Source of the DNA: Octopus vulgaris | Lineage: Eukaryota | Reading direction: 5' to 3' | Length of the DNA stretch: 64,000 bases | NCBI GenBank assembly: GCA_951406725.2 | Contig: OX597817.1 | Location: forward strand, 97,030,001-97,094,000 | In this document: piece by piece, positions 63,401-64,000 of the stretch | Layout: every line of letters starts with the position of its first letter | Numbering within the stretch: position 1 is the first letter of the stretch | Program-made: the position numbers and the translations under genes | The notes under the pieces: generated by a model | What the model was told of the DNA's origin: nothing | What the model saw: only the letters and a program-made list of their open reading frames with translations | Database searches by the model: none

Positions 63401-64000
63401 ATGTTGTCCAACATGTCCATTGAAGTCACCAGCCACAAAGAGAAGGTCTCTGTTATTTGTCAACGAGGTAGTCAGCAAGAGGATGTCATAAAAGCAGTCT
63501 TTCTGTCCACCAGGTAGCCCCGGCTGAGGGGCATAGGCCGAGATAATGGTTGCTAACCCATGATGTAGCACTAATCTAATCTTAAGTATTCTATCGCATA
63601 CTCTGACTTATACATACATTTACAATTACCTTATCAATCTATTTCTCTTGGCAAGAAGTATACCCATGCCCGACCCCATCAGTGTTCCCTGCTCAGAAAA
63701 TCTTGTACCTATGTTCTTTGCTTGTGAGGAACTTAGTGGAGCCTGCTCTTCACCTTACTTCTTGGATACAACACAGATCTATATGTCTCCATTCAAGCAT
63801 CTCGACAATCTCGCCAGACTTACCTCTCAGTGTGCCCACATTGAGCGTGCCAACCCTGAGGGTGTGGGCCCATGAGACCCTGGTAGAATTCATATATAAA
63901 ACAAATAGTCTTCAACCTGCATACACTACACCATCATTTTTATGCACTACATAGGAGATAAACCCTAAGTAGGGGTCGGGATGGCGATAAGCCTTTAGAA
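60420..64000 (-). mobile_element. Near-full-length decayed RTE LINE
   Basis: APE (SAYAPQ, GDFNGHVG), RT motifs, 3'UTR units and a (CAT)n tail at about 60425. Confidence 0.92.

Overview
AT-rich eukaryotic genomic DNA that is mostly transposon-derived. The repertoire (RTE LINEs with (CAT)n tails, tRNA-derived SINEs, mariner/maT, Ty3/gypsy, Penelope-like pieces, dense microsatellites) suggests a coleoid cephalopod, probably Octopus; this is inference. No intact host protein-coding gene is visible. Among the repeats I could assemble a decayed + strand multi-exon gene (8 candidate exons, about 2.4-36.3 kb). It encodes CUB-like domains, hemopexin-like repeats, a Ser/Thr stalk and one TM helix, and the ORF track mostly misses it. 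Other notable signals: (1) about seven hammerhead-ribozyme-like motifs in Penelope-like elements, one with a compensatory G3-C8 core swap; (2) a 55-nt duplicated covarying hairpin that begins exactly at candidate minus-strand splice donors; (3) an RTE LINE with twin-priming-type 5' inversion geometry; (4) a 600-bp fold-back; (5) a CpG-richer putative promoter near 52.8-53.1 kb. All domain and family calls are by-eye motif recognition, not database results, and many repeat boundaries are approximate.
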